DNA of 52,072 nt, filler included, from Sphacelaria rigidula (taxonomy: Eukaryota): the NCBI GenBank assembly GCA_964200075.2. It is 4 parts of 4 records of this genome, joined end to end, with 100 filler letters (N's around TTAATTAATTAA, not from the genome) between each part and the next. Parts side by side here need not be neighbours in the genome. Positions count along the whole stretch, not along the records: positions 39,131 to 52,072 come from CAXNAA020003283.1; 3 more parts are not named here. One strand, written 5' to 3'. The number at the start of each line of letters is the position of its first letter. The first letter of the stretch is position 1. The notes under the pieces are model-generated. The model saw nothing but the letters and a program-made list of their open reading frames with translations. It did no database searches and was not told the DNA's origin. A program made the position numbers and the translations under genes. This document shows positions 49,751 to 52,072 of the stretch, in pieces.

Positions 49751-50619
49751 CCTCATTACGCCCTTGCGATTCTCCAAACAAAATTTAAAAGCACACGTAT
49801 CAAATCTGGGCTGGTACATGGTCTACAAGTTCCAGTTCCGAATATCGACCAGCCCAGGTTGTAAATTTGGGATTCTCACCTCATTTTTTAGAGTTGTACT
49901 TCAAAAAATGGTATGGAGAATCGGTAGGGCATAATGAATGAACTACATTCATCCCGAGGAATGCCGCACCTTTGAACCAGGCATTTCCTGAGGAACCAAG
50001 CAATCAAACCGGCCCGATTTAAGTCGCAGTTTCGCTTTGTTTTATTTAACCACCAAATTCTCGCCGCTCAAGCCCTTCTCTGTGCTGCATTCAAACCCAC
50101 CGTTATGCTGGTTGCACTCCACATCAGTCTCTGCAAGTCGCCATACCCAATCCGCGACCGTCGGCTCTTCCCGCTCCTACCGCCGTGCACTCATTCGCCG
50201 CCGGCATCGTCAACCCATAGGCGCACGCCAGCACATCACATGTGCACCAACCGTAAGCCCCGGCCAATAAACGTTACCGCCAGGCCGTTAAGCAAGCATG
50301 AATACACCGCAACAAGCCTAGCATGCGCCAGCACGCCCACCACGCATTCTCTTTCGCGCCGCCGGTGTCACAAAACCCCACTTCAACACGTTGCAATATC
50401 ATTAATCACAAACTGCAAACGCCTGCCGGTGAACTCTGCAATTCATCAAGCATGCACGAAACGTACACGGCCACCCGTACCCTCGCATATACGGCGACCC
50501 CGAAAATGTACGCGAGCACCGCCTCCTTCGCTCGACCTGCAGTCTCCTTGCTCCCAACACCAGGAGCTATCCCGTCGCCACTCGTGTTGGCATGCTGCCC
50601 ACTGTACTGCTTGTTCCGG

Positions 50620-51560
50620 CACCCCCATCCTCCTGCAGTTGGTTGAGATGTGTCCCGCTCACTTGCACTTCCCAAAAATTGTGCGCACACGAGTCTCAGG
50701 GTGGTGCTCAAATAGGTGTCCCGCCCTCCGGCAATTCCAGCATATGCTAGCTCCGGCTGGTCACGAGGGGGAATTGCGAGTTGCTCGCTCTGCTTCCCCT
50801 CGTGCTCCTGGCTTCGCTACGCTTCCCATGGGCTGATGCTGTGATGCCGCTGCACCGCCGCACGGATGCACCACGCTACCGTGAGGCTGCCCCGCTGCAG
50901 CGCCGCCATATCCCCGGCCGTACGATCCACTGCCGTGGTATTCACTCCACCACCGCCCATCCGGCGGCCTTCTGTGTCCTTGCCGCTGTCGGACTGCCTC
51001 GAAGAGCTGCAGATGTTGCCGCATGCGGTTGCCACCCTTCCGCAGCGTCTGTCACCACATTCCTTCTGAATTGGAGTACATCTTCTATGCACTTGATGAC
51101 AAGCTCGTGAGACTGGTTTACGGCCATGTTGTGACCACCCTACAACCAGTGCTGAAGAAGGTGCCGCTCTGGGATCAGGGAGTATTGGTTTACCTGCGCC
51201 TCTGCTCTTGGAAACGCGCGTCTCATTTCTCACCAGCTCAACCTCCCTTCATTGTGGCGCACGACGCGCAGTACATGCTCGATCGCGCTCAAGCAGGTAA
51301 CAAAGCGGGGCAGGTCAAGGACATGACATGGGGCAATTTTCGTATCCAATAGAAGGAAAGAGCGTTTCAGAGCGCTAGCGTTACATCAGCTGCTCCTTCT
51401 AATGGGGACGAACAATGAACAAGAAACATACAGGGTAGAGTATGCGTTTCCAACAGCAAAAAATGCCAACACGGGATGAGAAACAACCTCCGCTCAGAGG
51501 TCAAGGTATTTACACTGGGAACGGGAAGAGATTGTGCCGAGCACCGTCGTGATCTGGGTG
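50620..51560 (-). mobile_element. Decayed MULE/FAR1-like transposase C-terminal region
   Basis: Minus-strand motifs in the expected order, broken by stops and frameshifts: SQCKYL...IPCWHF/FAV (SWIM-like, ~51520-51450), LIPERHLLQHWL (~51180-51143; cf. IPxxYILxRW), FGKCK*AGHISTNCR (zinc-knuckle-like, ~50680-50632). Confidence 0.55.
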
Positions 51561-51965
51561 ATTTTATGTTCCTTGAGGCATAACCTCCTCTTCGTCGCTG
51601 TGAGGCCAGCCTTTGGAAGTGATCCCTCTGATGACCCCGAGGTAGCGTAGTACTCGATCGTCGCTGGACTCTGACCCGCCGTCGTCCCGTTTAAGAGGGT
51701 CTTGTGTCCCGAAGGAGTCAGCTTCACATTATTAACCCTTTACCGTTATCCACCACAACCGACTGGTGCTGCTGCAGCAGTCTTCGCATTACGTGTCTTG
51801 CGTGGTGTGTTTTCGTCTTGTGTCGTGCGTATACACGTCGTGTTGGTCTAATCTTCCATCTCCCGCGCTGGAGCATCGAATAGTCATGAATCATAGCCAG
51901 CACGTGGACAGATACGTGGTGATGAATGACTTCGCGATAGCCCGCCCCCCCCCCGGATCCCCGAT

Positions 51966-52039
51966 GGGGTTGGCGTCGGTTGGCGATGACGCTATAAAAC
52001 ACGCCACTCACTGCGTAAGCTAGGCAACCAGGTTAACGT
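51966..52039 (-). repeat. Short interspersed repeat, inverted copy of 26172-26241
   Basis: See 26172-26241. Confidence 0.75.
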
Positions 52040-52072
52040 TTTTTTGCGCACTTGCGTTTTGTTGCGGTAAGC

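Overview
Eukaryotic, intron-rich, repeat-rich DNA, most likely a brown alga (Phaeophyceae). This is inferred from an EsV-1-7 repeat gene, short exons separated by roughly 0.4-2.2 kb introns, and abundant tRNA-derived SINEs and MITEs. The window is four contigs joined by three artificial 100-bp spacers (44 N + TTAATTAATTAA + 44 N) at 12945-13044, 25988-26087 and 39031-39130, so adjacency across them is unproven. Contig 1 (1-12944) has no intact gene I can recognise: it holds segmental duplications, 40-bp, ~86-bp and ~460-bp tandem units, and possible decayed SET-like and protease-like coding relics. Contig 2 carries a long EsV-1-7 (C-x4-C...C-x2-H) repeat exon on the minus strand, foldback elements, SINEs and a decayed RLE-type non-LTR retrotransposon. 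Contig 3 holds seven phase-consistent middle exons of an exportin-6 homolog. Contig 4 holds the first two exons of ALG3 (minus) head-to-head with a multi-pass membrane, 7TM-like gene (plus), followed by MITEs, a SINE and a decayed MULE-like transposase fragment. Most of the supplied six-frame ORFs are noise. All homology calls are from recalled motifs, not database searches. No clearly new system is demonstrated. The best lead is the EsV-1-7 array with discrete, reused variable triplets.
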